A stretch of 64,000 nt of DNA, taken from the NCBI RefSeq assembly GCF_009914755.1, contig NC_060935.1. One strand, 5' to 3'. This document shows positions 36,488-51,800 of this stretch, one piece after another (the stretch's first letter is position 1; every line of letters starts with the position of its first letter). The notes below the pieces were generated by a model. It was not told the origin of the DNA, did no database searches, and saw only the letters and a program-made list of their open reading frames with translations. This stretch comes from the human T2T-CHM13v2.0 reference genome, Homo sapiens. The position numbers were made by a program, and so were the translations under genes.

Positions 36488-37625
36488 AGACTCTGCAGCA
36501 CTAATTTTTAAGCACATTTTAAACACCCTGGTATTAATAGAAAATAAGGAACAGTTTTTAAGAGACATAGGAAATCCCAGAATCCCCAAAGGAAGGAGAG
36601 ATCTATGCAGCTGGGGGTGGAAGGGGTCTGGAATTGTAAGAGTCTTTCTGACTGCAGCAAAAAGAAATGCTCATTCCACCCGGAGGGTTACACACCCACA
36701 AACCACCTGCTGCCTGTCATAAGGCTGGCTCTTGCCATTTCCTCATCTTTGCCAAAAGCTTTATGCTTTTATCTTAATTGATTAAGATTTATTTCTCTGG
36801 TACCACCACTCAAACCTTAAAATAAAGGCAAGAAATGGCATCCGGCCCCTGTTTAAGCCCTCCACTTAAGACCCTGCCTCCCTTCCATTAACATTCTTCT
36901 GAAGACAGAAAAAGACAAAAATTCCCAACACCAAAAATGAAGCATATTGACAGAATCTGAGAAGACTCCCCACAAACATGAGTCTGATGGAACTTGACTG
37001 ACGAAAGCAGCCAAGAGCGTGGGGGATGAAGCAAATCTGCTGGTCACCTTCCCATGCCAGTCTGCTCTCCCTCTGCAGTGCAGGCACTTCAATCCAGAGG
37101 GTGCCCGTGCCCCAGCCGTCCCTCACACCCTCATCAGGACTTGCTTCCACAACTAATGAGAACCTGAAAAGCCAGGAATACAGTCGGGCGGAAGCAGCGC
37201 ACTGCCTCCTGGGAGGTGTAGGCACCAGACTTCAGCATGAAAATGCCCTGTCATGCCAGGAGACTAAGCTGGAGGAAGAGCCGCCAGACGCTGGGAAGTT
37301 AACTCAGCCCTGAGTGTACCTGACATGTGCCTGTTAACATGAAAAGAGGATTCAACGTAGGCTCCAGGACCCAGAGGACACACAGGAATCCACATGCTGT
37401 GTATATTAGCAACCATTGTGTTTGGTTAGCAATGAGTCTTACGGGGAAAAATGCAATAAAAAAACAAGAGAGAGAGAGAAAGGGAAAAAGAAAGGGCACA
37501 TCATCTTAAAGACTCTTGGAAATATCAGACCTCTAAAGAGGTAATTTCAATAGGATGTCAGGAGATATGGCATCTTTGAAATAGTAATAGGACACCTAAG
37601 CAGAAAACAGAATATGAGGTAGAAA

Positions 37626-37632
37626 GAAAGAC

Positions 37633-37665
<33 letters not shown>
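37626..37665 (+). repeat. (GA)n microsatellite
   Basis: Direct observation. Confidence 0.9.
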
Positions 37666-38560
<895 letters not shown>

Positions 38561-39014
38561 TGTACCCCTTTGGCACACACACAGCAAATGAGTGAGGAGT
38601 TTCAGAACCAGATATGAGAGTGTCAAGGTGTCATCATCCTGGCAGGCAGCATTTAAACAAATTCCATGTAACGTTAAACCTAAGTAATTGTTTTAAACCA
38701 TGGTTACAAAATTAAGTGCAAATGTCAGAAGTGATTTTAAGAGAGTAAATACCGAGTGTAAAAAATGAATATATTGGAACCATTATCTAGACTGAAAACT
38801 AAGGAAAAGGAAAAGGGTGTGTGGCAAAGTAAAAATGGTGTAAATGTATATCATCTGTCGGAAATGCTTTAAAAAGCAACTTTCTTCACTTTGGATAATT
38901 AACGAAATGTAGATTAAAATAATTTTTTAAAAAACCAACTATCACATCTAGATTTCTCCTGTTAACAATTAAGCATGTTCAGATCTCTACAATCCTTAAA
39001 ACGTGTTTTCGTAA

Positions 39015-39960
<946 letters not shown>

Positions 39961-39989
39961 TTAGCCCTTTCTCAGCAAAATTCCTAGGT

Positions 39990-41670
<1,681 letters not shown>

Positions 41671-41676
41671 ACAACT

Positions 41677-42101
41677 TCTTAAAGCAAACTAAATATGGCC
41701 TGAGGACCCTGCACCTCTGTATTTGAGTCCTTGTGGATGAACTGCAACTTAACTTCATAGGTAGACAAGATTGAAAACCTAACTTAGGAGTATGTGCCTG
41801 TAACAATAGCTGAGTCTTGGCCAATCCCAGCAGCCCTACTTCAACCATACACTGCTGAGTGTTCAAATAAGGCAAAGGACAAGCTGCAACCAATCCAGCT
41901 GCTCTGTACCTCACTTCCGATTTCTGTATGTCATTTCCCTTTTTTTTTTTTTTTTTGGTCTATAAATCTTCCACCACGTCGCTGCACTGTATGTAGTCTC
42001 TTTGAATCTGTTGTGATTCTGGGGGCTGCCTGATTAGCGAATCGTTCCTTGCTTAAGTAAACTCCTTTAAATGTAATTCAGCTGACGTTTTTCTTTTAAC
42101 A
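41677..42101 (+). mobile_element. MER57A-like ERV1 solo LTR
   Basis: ttaaagcaaactaaatatggcctgag...ttttcttttaaca; 4-bp TSD AACT; two CCAAT boxes, ETS CACTTCCG, TATAAAT. Confidence 0.88.
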
Positions 42102-42496
42102 AACTAAATCTAAAAATTGTTTTATATAACACAAGTGATTTTAAAAATGAAATTGTAAGAAATGACAAATACACAAAATGTAAAACTAAATAATGTTAAG
42201 TTCAACCATAGCTATTTTGAAAATAAATATAAATGGTTTAAACATGTTGCCATATTCAATGATCACACAAGGACATGTAAATTTTCATGTAATATAATAG
42301 TTAAAAAAAATTGTACAAACAAAGCTTAATTTCTATCTCTTCTCCAAGAAACACTGGAAAGGAACCTTTAAAGTGTTAACAGCAGTTATTCTGGGTAGTA
42401 AAATTATAGATTATTTTCATCTCTTCTTTATATTTTTCAGAATTATCTATGTCATGTATAAAAAATCAATCTTTTAATCAGAAAAAAGTTATATCT

Positions 42497-42966
42497 GTCA
42501 GTTGTGTTTTCTGTTATAGGTTACAGAAAACTGAATTCAAAGTGAATTAAATAATAATAGGAATGTATGACTAACATAACTGAGGAGGTTGGGTTATGAT
42601 TTAACCTGCTTTAATTTCCTGCAAATCTCTTGTTTTCAGTCCATTTCTGTGATTAGCTTTATCTCCAGGTTGACTTACCTCATACTGGTAAAATAGCTAC
42701 AATGGTTCCAGGCTTCCCATCCTCACACCATACCATACAGAAGGAGAGGAGCCATCTACGTGCCACTCTGATTGGACCAGCTTAGGACATGGGCCCACTT
42801 CTGAACCAATCACTGTGGTTGGGAGATGCTGCTAGGTGATTTCTCCACAGCTAGAGCTGAGGGTACAGTCAACCTCCCCAGAGCCACATGTATCACCATG
42901 CAGAGATCCCGTTCTCTTGCAAATACCTGCAGGGAGCATGGAAGCTTGACAGACATGTCCACTGCA
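42497..42966 (-). mobile_element. MLT1 (J/K/L-like) LTR
   Basis: ttacagaaaactgaattcaaagtg...ctctgattggaccagcttagg...ctgaaccaatcactgtgg...atgtccactgca. Confidence 0.7.
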
Positions 42967-43014
42967 AACATTTTGAAATAAAATACTGCTTACCTAATTT
43001 TAAAAATTAAAAGG

Positions 43015-43155
43015 CACTATGATGCAGTGAGAACAGCATTGGGGCCATTGGGAGGCTTGAGTTCAAAGTCATCTGCCACTGACTTTGACTAGATACAAGA
43101 TCGTGGACAGTTCTTTATCACTCTGCATGTTTCCTAGTCTGTGAAATGGTGACCC
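43015..43155 (+). mobile_element. MIR
   Basis: cttgagttcaaagtcatctgccactgact...tttcctagtctgtgaaatgg. Confidence 0.55.
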
Positions 43156-44879
43156 AAGAGACTGTCACAGGAAAGGAGCACTTTCTCCACTGTCATAGGA
43201 AAGGAGCAGGGTAATATGGAGGCCGATAGGAATTTGCAGATTTGGTTGCAGGAAGGTAAAGAAGTTGCCTCCTGAGCACTTCTCTTTTCTCAGTGCAGTA
43301 GGACGCAAGGTCCTCCTTTGGGCAGGAGGTGAAGTAGGGATGTGAGAGGCTTACAGGGAGTAGAGAAGGTTGAAAATGCAAACAAGTAAGAGAATATTTG
43401 AAAAAAATCGAAGCTACACCACAGAGTCTTATGATTTAGAACAAAAACAGCTATGGGTGGGAAATACACTCTACAAATGTGAAATAGAGAGAAGCCATGA
43501 GAGAAGCCAGTGGTTAAAAAAGGATTCACTGAGCAGACATTTGCTTTGGATTTTCTAAAATGCAGATACTCTCTTTCAGTAAGACAACTTTATAAAACTA
43601 TCCACAAGGATTTTCACATGAGTCACAAGTATTCCTACAGAATTCCAACTAACGGCTGGGTGGCGTAAACATTTACCTAACTTTTGAGTGTCATCAAGAC
43701 TAAGCCATTCATGTTAAATTCAACTCAGCCTGGAAAAGACAAGAGAACTTCAAAACAACAACAGCAACAACAGAGTAGCCTTTTTCCGGAGTCAGCAGGA
43801 GGAGCGAGTGATATAGCTTGGGAGTGCAGGATTAGGGATAACGTTCAACAGGTGGCCTACAGAAGGGAGTTCTCTGCAGAGGACGTGGAGACGATATTAC
43901 TGAAGTCTTCTTTTTTCCCCATCTCAGGCAAGGTGGGGTTATAGGAAGTACCCTTGGACTTTTCTTCAAAGTATCTAAGAGCTTACCTCCCTGCCCCCAC
44001 CCTTTCTGTTTCAGTGAAAACTTTGCCTGGCATCCCAGCCTTGAGGAAATTTACCTCCGTGGAAAAAATAAATTCTTATCTCTTGTCCCAGCTCTCAACA
44101 AGAATAGCATAGCTGTTTCTTGTGAGTCCCAGTCTTGTTTGACAATATAATGAGATCTGGTTAAACAGATGAAAAATGCCTCAACCTGAGTGTTTATCTC
44201 AACCCTGCCAAAGCGTTCAGCGCCCCCCGCCACTCCACCCCCAGGCATTCCCATCTCTGCAGAGAGAGTCAGGAACCTTTAATGGCAGCCCATAGTCCTA
44301 AACTGGCATCTTGCTACACCAAGCCACTTTTGCAATAGCAGAAGGCAGGAGTTTCTGTCAGTTTGAATTTCCTGGAGTGTACTGGGCTGTGTCACAATCT
44401 CAATGCTGTCTGGCGGCAGTTTGTTCTCTCCAATCCCTGGAATAGAATAGGAAAAGAAAGGCAAGACTGCAAGAAAGCAGTAGAAGAGCAGGTTGGCGGT
44501 GATACTCAACAGGGTATTTGTCTGGGGATGGGCTGGACCTGTGGGGGCTGGGATCCCACCAACACATTAACCCGATGAACCCTCAAGGTTCTGGGGAGCT
44601 AATCACAGGGTATGGCAGAGTCCTCAGTTCAGGCTGACGAGTGGCCATGCCTTTTAAGTGAAGTCTACAGAGCACACAGTGAGAGGGAATTGGGAAATAA
44701 TCTGATTAATGTATACAAGGTATGTAGCCAATCAGGATGATTTTGGATGAAAAGTGCCATTTGTCTTTTAAATATTCAATGTGAGAATTACTCTGATCCA
44801 TCAGATGCCAATCCACCCACCTCCCAGAGTTTAGTGTCCAGAGCTTTCTTTATCTTCCTCTGATCTTGAGCAAGGATCT

Positions 44880-45045
44880 CTAACGCTTATCACACTGTGT
44901 TTTAATTGTTTGTTTACATGGCTTTCTCCACCTGACTAAGCTCCTTGAAAACAAGGACTGTCATCTATCACAGACCTTGACACATAGAAGGAGCTCTTTA
45001 GATACATAGTAGTTGAATTAACCAGTTAGTTAATGAATAAAATAA
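44880..45045 (+). mobile_element. L2 3' end
   Basis: gactaagctccttgaaaacaaggactgtc...gacacatagaagg. Confidence 0.55.
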
Positions 45046-45466
45046 GGTAATTAGAGAAAAAAAAACCCCACAAAACTGTATGTGTTAAGGGTAGCACTTT
45101 GGGGTTCCCAAGAACCCCTGCAAGAACCAGATTATCATGCATGCCTATGAACCACACTCCAAATCAAAGGATTTCTTTCAGCTCAATGCAGTTTTTCCCA
45201 GCTGCTTCAGAAAGAAATCAGCTTCACCTCCACTTCCCGCTCTAGCACTGAGCTACCTGTGCTTCCCATTCAGCTACTGAGCTACCTGTGTTTCTCCAGC
45301 TAGACTTGGTTTTATCTAAGGATCAAATGACTTCCAGAAATACTCCTGAAGATGTAGAAAGATGCAAGTGTAACTAGATATTCCAATGGATGGTAAAAGA
45401 TATTTAAGCAAGTTATTTTTATCTGGTATTTACTTTCTTTCATTGGTTCACTTCATTTTAGAAACA

Positions 45467-45640
45467 CTGTATTGCATTGCATTGCACTGTATTGCATTGT
45501 ATCATATGGTAACTTTATTTCCATGTGTTGCCTCCTCCAGTAAACTGTGAGTTCCTTAAAGGCAAGGAGGGGCCTTGAGTTTTTACCTACCACAGTGCTT
45601 GGCACATAGTAGTTACTCAATATTTGCAGAATAAATAAGT
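45467..45640 (+). mobile_element. L2 3' end with an (ATTGC)n tract
   Basis: aaactgtgagttccttaaaggcaagg...acagtgcttggcacatagtagttactcaatatttg. Confidence 0.6.
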
Positions 45641-48600
45641 GAGAATCATTTAAGGGTCTAAGATATACCTATCACTTATATTTCACTTTGTCTTCTTTTG
45701 ACATGGATGATGTTGCTTTTTATTATTTTTAATGATGAACATGGTAATTTAAACATAGAGGAAAACCATAAACCTTAAATGCCTTGTGTGGGTTTTTTGT
45801 GTATATTTGTTTTGGAGTTTTGCTTTCTTTTTTAAGCTTGTACAAGTGAAATGAACACCAAATAGTCTAACTGCACAAACTGCCTTCCACAAATGGTGGC
45901 TTGCCCAGAGCCCAAGGAATTCTTAAAAATAAAAGGGAAGCCTACAGTGAAGAATGTGAGGCAGGGAAGAGAGGAAGGGCATCAAGGAATGGAACCAATC
46001 AGGCAAGCGACAAGATGAACAAGAACAAAGATGTGTATTACCATGTTCCCTTTAGATCACCTCCATAGTGTTAGGCCTGAAATAAAGCTGCAAGTCCTCC
46101 TGAAAATTGAGATGTCCCTTTTAAAAATGATCTCTCCAGTTATCATTGGGGCAGCTTGCTCCTTGAGGGGAGGGTCGTTAACCTTCTGCCCTCCCTCCCT
46201 AACCCTGGGGCCCTGAGGGGTATCTGTCTAAGAGACTGGTTTCCAGAGGGGGGGGTCAGTATTCCTCTCTTAAGAGCCCCCAGAGCAAATGACTGAACAG
46301 ATTAGGACGGATTAGACAGATAACAACCCAGACCTTTTTACAAGCACATTTTTCATCCGACACTCAAATTCCCTTCTGTGCCCCACAGTCTCACACAACC
46401 CGATGACTGGATAGTATTACTGAAATATCTTTGCGCCAGCCGAGTGCGTGGAACTGTGCAAAGCCAGATGTTCTTGTAACCCTGTTTTACTGAGTTATTT
46501 ATATCCATATAATATTTGACATTTCCTGTGTTGTTAAAGAGTTGGGGGCCTTGATGTATTTTTAAGAGAACAGTGCCGACTTTTCATTTTTTTTTCTTTG
46601 ATGCCCAGGACCAGAAATAAGTATTATAAAGAAGGGCTGGTGTATTAAACACATGCCTAGATACCTAAAATCTACTTTATTTTAATGCCTTTCATCTTAA
46701 GTGACCTTCGTGAACAGAAAGATGCTAGAGCCATCTAGAAGGAGCATATGAATTAACCCCACCATGCAATAAAAACATGTACCCATGGGCCTAAAATAAA
46801 TCAGCCAATAGACAAAAATATTTAATAAGTATTGGAAATATAATCCACATTTTTAGGACTAAACTTTATGGAGTCTTAATACATGAACTATATCATCTCT
46901 TTGAACTTGATAGATATAGAAACGGCTGGTTAAAGTATTCTCAGACTTAATAAAATATTAGCTGGCATATTTCTCTGGCTAAATGAAATAATGGAAACTT
47001 TATAGAGTTGAAAGTATTCGGTTGAACCCAAGTGGTAGTAATATTTAAACTGTAGGTGAAAGTTGATATCCTAAGGTAATCATTCTGTTTTCTTTGTTTA
47101 TTGTAAGGATCCATTCACAAAATATTATTTTTGTTTTTGAGATTTCCACATTTTTAAAAAGGTTTCCCCTTCATAGGATGTGACAAAAGGGGTTGGGTCC
47201 TGATTTACAGCCAAGTCTTGGCGTTTCTGGTTGCTCAACACTGAACACAAGGGCCACAGAAAACAGAAGTAAGATGTGAATTATTAGGGTTCTCTTTAGT
47301 TTTCGGAGTTGCTTTATAAGCTTATTCAAAACTACCCATGTTAGAGGGGGAAAAAAAAATTAGCTTTCTTTCCTACAAGCCGAAGAGGTGTGCGTATGTT
47401 ATTGTGCAGAGAAATTTCCAAAATAGATTCTTTCTTCCACTTTGTGTCTTATTCCTTTGCCCTGCTCCTCGGCCCCGACTCTCCCGCACCCTACGCAACA
47501 CATGCACACACATTCTCTACCCCTCCTCACTCTCTGAAGCTGAGGGCCCTCCTGACAAATCAAATCCCCCTCTCCCAGTTTGAGAAAACAAGATGCCACA
47601 ACCTGCAGGGGCCCATCTGAGCACAGCGAGCCTGCCCACTCCAAAGCAGCAATCAAATCCCTTGTAAATCCTCTAAGCTGTGATAAGTCTCTAGTGTTCA
47701 CATAATAGGTCAGATCCTCTTGGGGCAGATAGGGCAGGACAGCCCTCCAGGGAGCTGGCTTGCTCATCTGCGTGGCCAAGTCCCCAGCTCTTACCACCGG
47801 CCATATCAGATTCTGCACTCAATGATTCCAGGGCTGCACCGCTGCAGTGCTTGAAGTGGGGGAGGCAATGGGGAAGGCCAGCACACTCTAACGACTGACA
47901 GGTTTTATTCTGGATCTGCGGCTCTCACATTCTTCTAGACCCTCACTAGGCTGCTAGTCTCTGGCTCTCAAGTCAAGGTCTTGCCCCATCTCCTGAATCT
48001 TTGATTACTTTTTCCTTCCACTCATGTTTACCTACCATTCTTTTCTTTGAAAGACTCTCACTTTTTTCCCCCACAATATATGTCTTCCGTCTTTGCTTCT
48101 TCTCTATTTACTTCAGAGTCTTTTCCTGACTGCCACTGACAACCTCTATGGAACTCCATTGGGGCCACCTGTGATTCATTGGGAGAACAGGCAAACATAC
48201 CAGGAACCTGTTCCCAATAAGTGGATCCTGGGGTGCTGGTCACAGTGTTGGCGAAGAGGTAGAATTCTGTTTACAATCTTCTTCCATCAGCTTTCAAATC
48301 CACTCCTGCAGTATCTTCTCACAGCAGCATTTTATTTTCTGAAATATGAATTGTCAGTACCAAATGCAACCCTCTATTTCATCCAGCTGCCTTTGATGAA
48401 ACAAAGACTCAAGTTCAAGAGCTATTTTCTCCAGAAAACCTAACACTTTTTTTTCAAAAACATCAATTGTCTCACCTAGTTGGAGCTTATGAAACAAAGG
48501 TCCCAAGATATGGCACTGGGGTGGGAAAGTTCATTTTACATGGAGGCTTTCACAGTCACAAGTAATACCATTAGCCTAGCAACTTCTCTGAGAAAAATGG

Positions 48601-49794
48601 ACTAATGGATGTGGATGACTTAAGACAATTGATCAATACCATGCCTAAAACAAGCAATCAAAAATATATAACCCTGGGGCTGGTAACAGTAAAACTCCTG
48701 AATGTGAGAACAGAATGTTTAAGTCTAAAGCATGACACTCACAGTGATAATTTAAAAAAAAACAATGGCATTCATTTTAGAAGAGTTAGGGGATATCTCT
48801 TCAGAGCATCACAGATTCTCGCACTCGATGGCTGAATGTAAATAAGGAAACACGTGCCCAGAGCCTGCAGTGCCTGTTATCTAATAAGCACTTTATAACT
48901 TACAGCAAAATCATTAAGATTATTACATCAGGAATAAGTGGAGTCTCATCTTCAAATAAAGAAATGGAGGCACAGAAAGGAAAGAGTGCCTCCTGCCAGG
49001 GCAAAACCACCTCTCCATACTCCTACCCCTAATTCTTATTCTCAGAACCAATGCTGTCTCTTAGAGTGGCCGGCCAGAACAACCACCTTTCAACTCCCAG
49101 TTCCCATCTTATCAGCATAACAGTCAGGCATGGTTAAAAAACAAACATCTAGTCACCAGATGTCCCTAACATCTGGCTAAACACATAAAACTATCCTCTA
49201 TCACCACCACCTCCTTTCTAACTCCAAAGTATATGGGGGGAGGAAACTTATGAAATCTCTGATGTCGTGAAATAAGATCTTGACATATCCATCTTTTTTC
49301 TTTCTTCTTTCTTTGTTTTATGACCTGATTCTTTCCTCAACATTCAGAGGCATTCACATGGCCATAAGGAGAATTTCGATTTCCATAATAAGAGGATAAA
49401 AATAACATATATTTTAACATTCCATTATTTTTAATATTTAATATTCCATTCATCTGAGCACCTGGGAATCAGAAAGGTCCAAAGTGTACAATGGCATAAA
49501 ATGTGTGCCAGAACACAGAGGGAGAGAGAATTACAAGACAGGAAAGTGGTCATACCTCTTATCCTAAAGAGACGTGATGATGGCAACCTGGGTTGGTTAG
49601 AGGAACAAAAAAGCTGAGGCCAGGACCTTGGAATGTGTCAGTGCCCAACATAATAGAATTAAACCTTGGGGAATGGGACGAGATGGGGGAGCCCTCGTAG
49701 AAATAGTCAAGCCCCATCAGCAGCCACTGCACTAGGGACCTTGGTAGAAACAGAATGCAGAAGACCATGGCATTCTATTCAAGAGATGCAGATC

Positions 49795-49846
49795 AGCTGA
49801 CCTCAGCTCTATCAGATAAGAGCCTTCTATCAACAGCTTCCTGGAA
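49795..49846. promoter_or_regulatory. E-box + GATA + STAT motif cluster
   Basis: CAGCTG ~49794, inverted GATA pair CTATCAGATAAG 49809-49820, CTATCA ~49827, TTCCTGGAA 49838-49846. Confidence 0.4.
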
Positions 49847-50042
49847 GAGGCCTCTGTCTCCTGCAATAGAAGCATGCCTTGCTGGGCTCCAAGGCTTTGC
49901 TGAGCCCCAGCATGGACACCAATTCGTGAACATCCCAGGACACGCATCTGACCGATAGATCAGGAAGTGTTGCCTTACTCTTAACCAAGCAGAGATGACT
50001 TAGAAAGAAAAGCTCAGTGCTGGTCCTTGGATGTGTCTAGAC

Positions 50043-50222
50043 CAGGGTTTCTCAACCTCAGCACTATTGACACTTGGGGCTGGGTAATTCTTGTCCTGAG
50101 CATAGGGGGATGTTTAGTAGCATCCCTGGTCTTCACCCACTGGATGCCAACAGCATGCCACCACCTCCTAGTTGTGACCATCAAAACGTGGAGGGGCACA
50201 ACTGTCCCAGTTGAGAACAATT
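50043..50222. mobile_element. MER20 (hAT-Charlie)
   Basis: cagggtttctcaacctcagcactattgac...gttgagaac; 8-bp TSD (g/a)TCTAGAC. Confidence 0.9.
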
Positions 50223-50418
50223 ATCTAGACAGTTAGGAGACCTTCCCATATTACACTGAATCTGTACCTACCTTCAGTACCCCAGGGCAAGTTGTTTGAT
50301 CCCTTGGCAGCTGCCTTTATGACCAGCAAGACACTGTTTCAGACGTTATCTCAGTAAGTGCCTCTGTTTTAACAGTTTCAAAATATCTGAAACACTCACT
50401 ACTTTCTTCAATGCTATG

Positions 50419-50439
50419 TCACACACACACACACACACA
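50419..50439 (+). repeat. (CA)n microsatellite
   Basis: Direct observation. Confidence 0.85.
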
Positions 50440-50688
50440 TTTAGAGTTGTGTGTAAACCAACAGCAGCACAAGGTATTTCTTTTCCTAGTACGGTAATAA
50501 ATATAGTAGTTAATTTTAAAGGGGAAATTTGTATTAGCTTAAGGAGTTAAGGAGCCATAAGAGGAAGCTAGATAATGAAGAAATGAGTAGTAAAAACCTA
50601 AAAATGGGAGAAAGCCTAAAACAGAATTAGAGACTGGCGGCAATTTTTGTGGAATTGACAATTTCTTGAGCATATGCTTAGGCAAGTA

Positions 50689-50774
50689 TTAGGTTGGTGC
50701 AAAAGTAATTGCAGTTTCTGCCATTACTTTACTTTGAATGAAAAAAAACCGCAATTGCTTTTGCACCAAACTAA
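50689..50774. mobile_element. MADE1 mariner MITE
   Basis: TIRs ttaggttggtgcaaaagtaattgc / gcaattgcttttgcaccaaactaa flanked by TA. Confidence 0.92.
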
Positions 50775-50809
50775 TATCATCATCGTCAAATATTTATTAA
50801 ATATTTATT

Positions 50810-51005
50810 AGTAAGCTCTACCCCTTACCAGCTGTATTACATTGAAAAAGTTTAATTTTTCTAATGCTTTTTCTTTATCTGCAAAATGGGGACGTAATAA
50901 CCTACTTTACAGGATTGCAATGCAGGTGAAGTGAGCTAAGCCATTCAAGCACTTAGCTCAGGGTCTAACAAATCATAATCCCTTGATAAAGTTAGCCACT
51001 ATTGC
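50810..51005 (+). mobile_element. MIR
   Basis: ttctttatctgcaaaatgggg...cctactttacaggattg. Confidence 0.65.
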
Positions 51006-51290
51006 TATTTTCATTATGATGGATTCATGGATTGAAGCGAGATACGATGGTAATCATAATATTTTGCACAGCATGTTTTGAAGCTTTGACATATTCCATC
51101 TTCACTCAGCCTTGTGACATAACACAGTGATCAGTACACCCCTTTAACTGAGGGATCAACTGCCAAAGGTGGACCAGGCTTGCTCCAGACACATACTTAG
51201 TACCTATAACTCTAGGCCAGGTCCTCTGATTCCTACTGGAGTTCTCTTTCACTAGGTCACTTTACACCATGCTGGGTCTAAAACCCTAAA

Positions 51291-51800
51291 TCAGTTGGGA
51301 TGATTCAAGCTGACTCAGATGGCTTAAACAAAAAGTTGTATTTTCTCATATAACTGAGCATCCAGAGACTGGGCAGATTCTAATACCATGAAATCAGGAC
51401 TCTCCCTACATTTTGCTGAGATTTTCTCCATCTGCTTTTCTCTGGGCATCAGCTTTGTTCTCAGAGTAGCTTCCCCCATGGTCATAAGGCAGCCACAGGT
51501 AGAAACTGAGGCAGAGAGGGAGAAAATGGCTACTTACGGTTCCTCGTAAAAGTGAGAAAGAACATTTGCAGAAGCCTCTGCAATCTTTACCTCAAATAGA
51601 ATGAGGGCAAATGACCACTCCTGAACCAAATGTTTTCAAGGACAAATGTGTTCTGGTTTATTTAGCCAAACCTTAGCCCATGCTGGAGCTGAGGATGGCT
51701 CCTCCCTGCCTGAGAAACTCAGGCAGTATTGGGGAAAGATGTGCACCATGGTAGGGTTCCCTCAGGAAGAGAAGAAGAGGGACTGGAAGCCAGGTAGGCC
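51291..51800 (-). mobile_element. MLT1 (J/K-like) LTR
   Basis: tggcttaaacaaaaag...ctcatataactgag...ccactcctgaaccaa...gctggagctgagg. Confidence 0.6.

Noticed and set aside
36671-36685. TCATTCCACCCGGAG resembling mature miR-205
   Set aside because: Partial match with an insertion, the seed differs, and there is no precursor hairpin
44218-44236. Second CTCF-like motif
   Set aside because: Only the GGGGGCGCT half matches; the 5' core is poor
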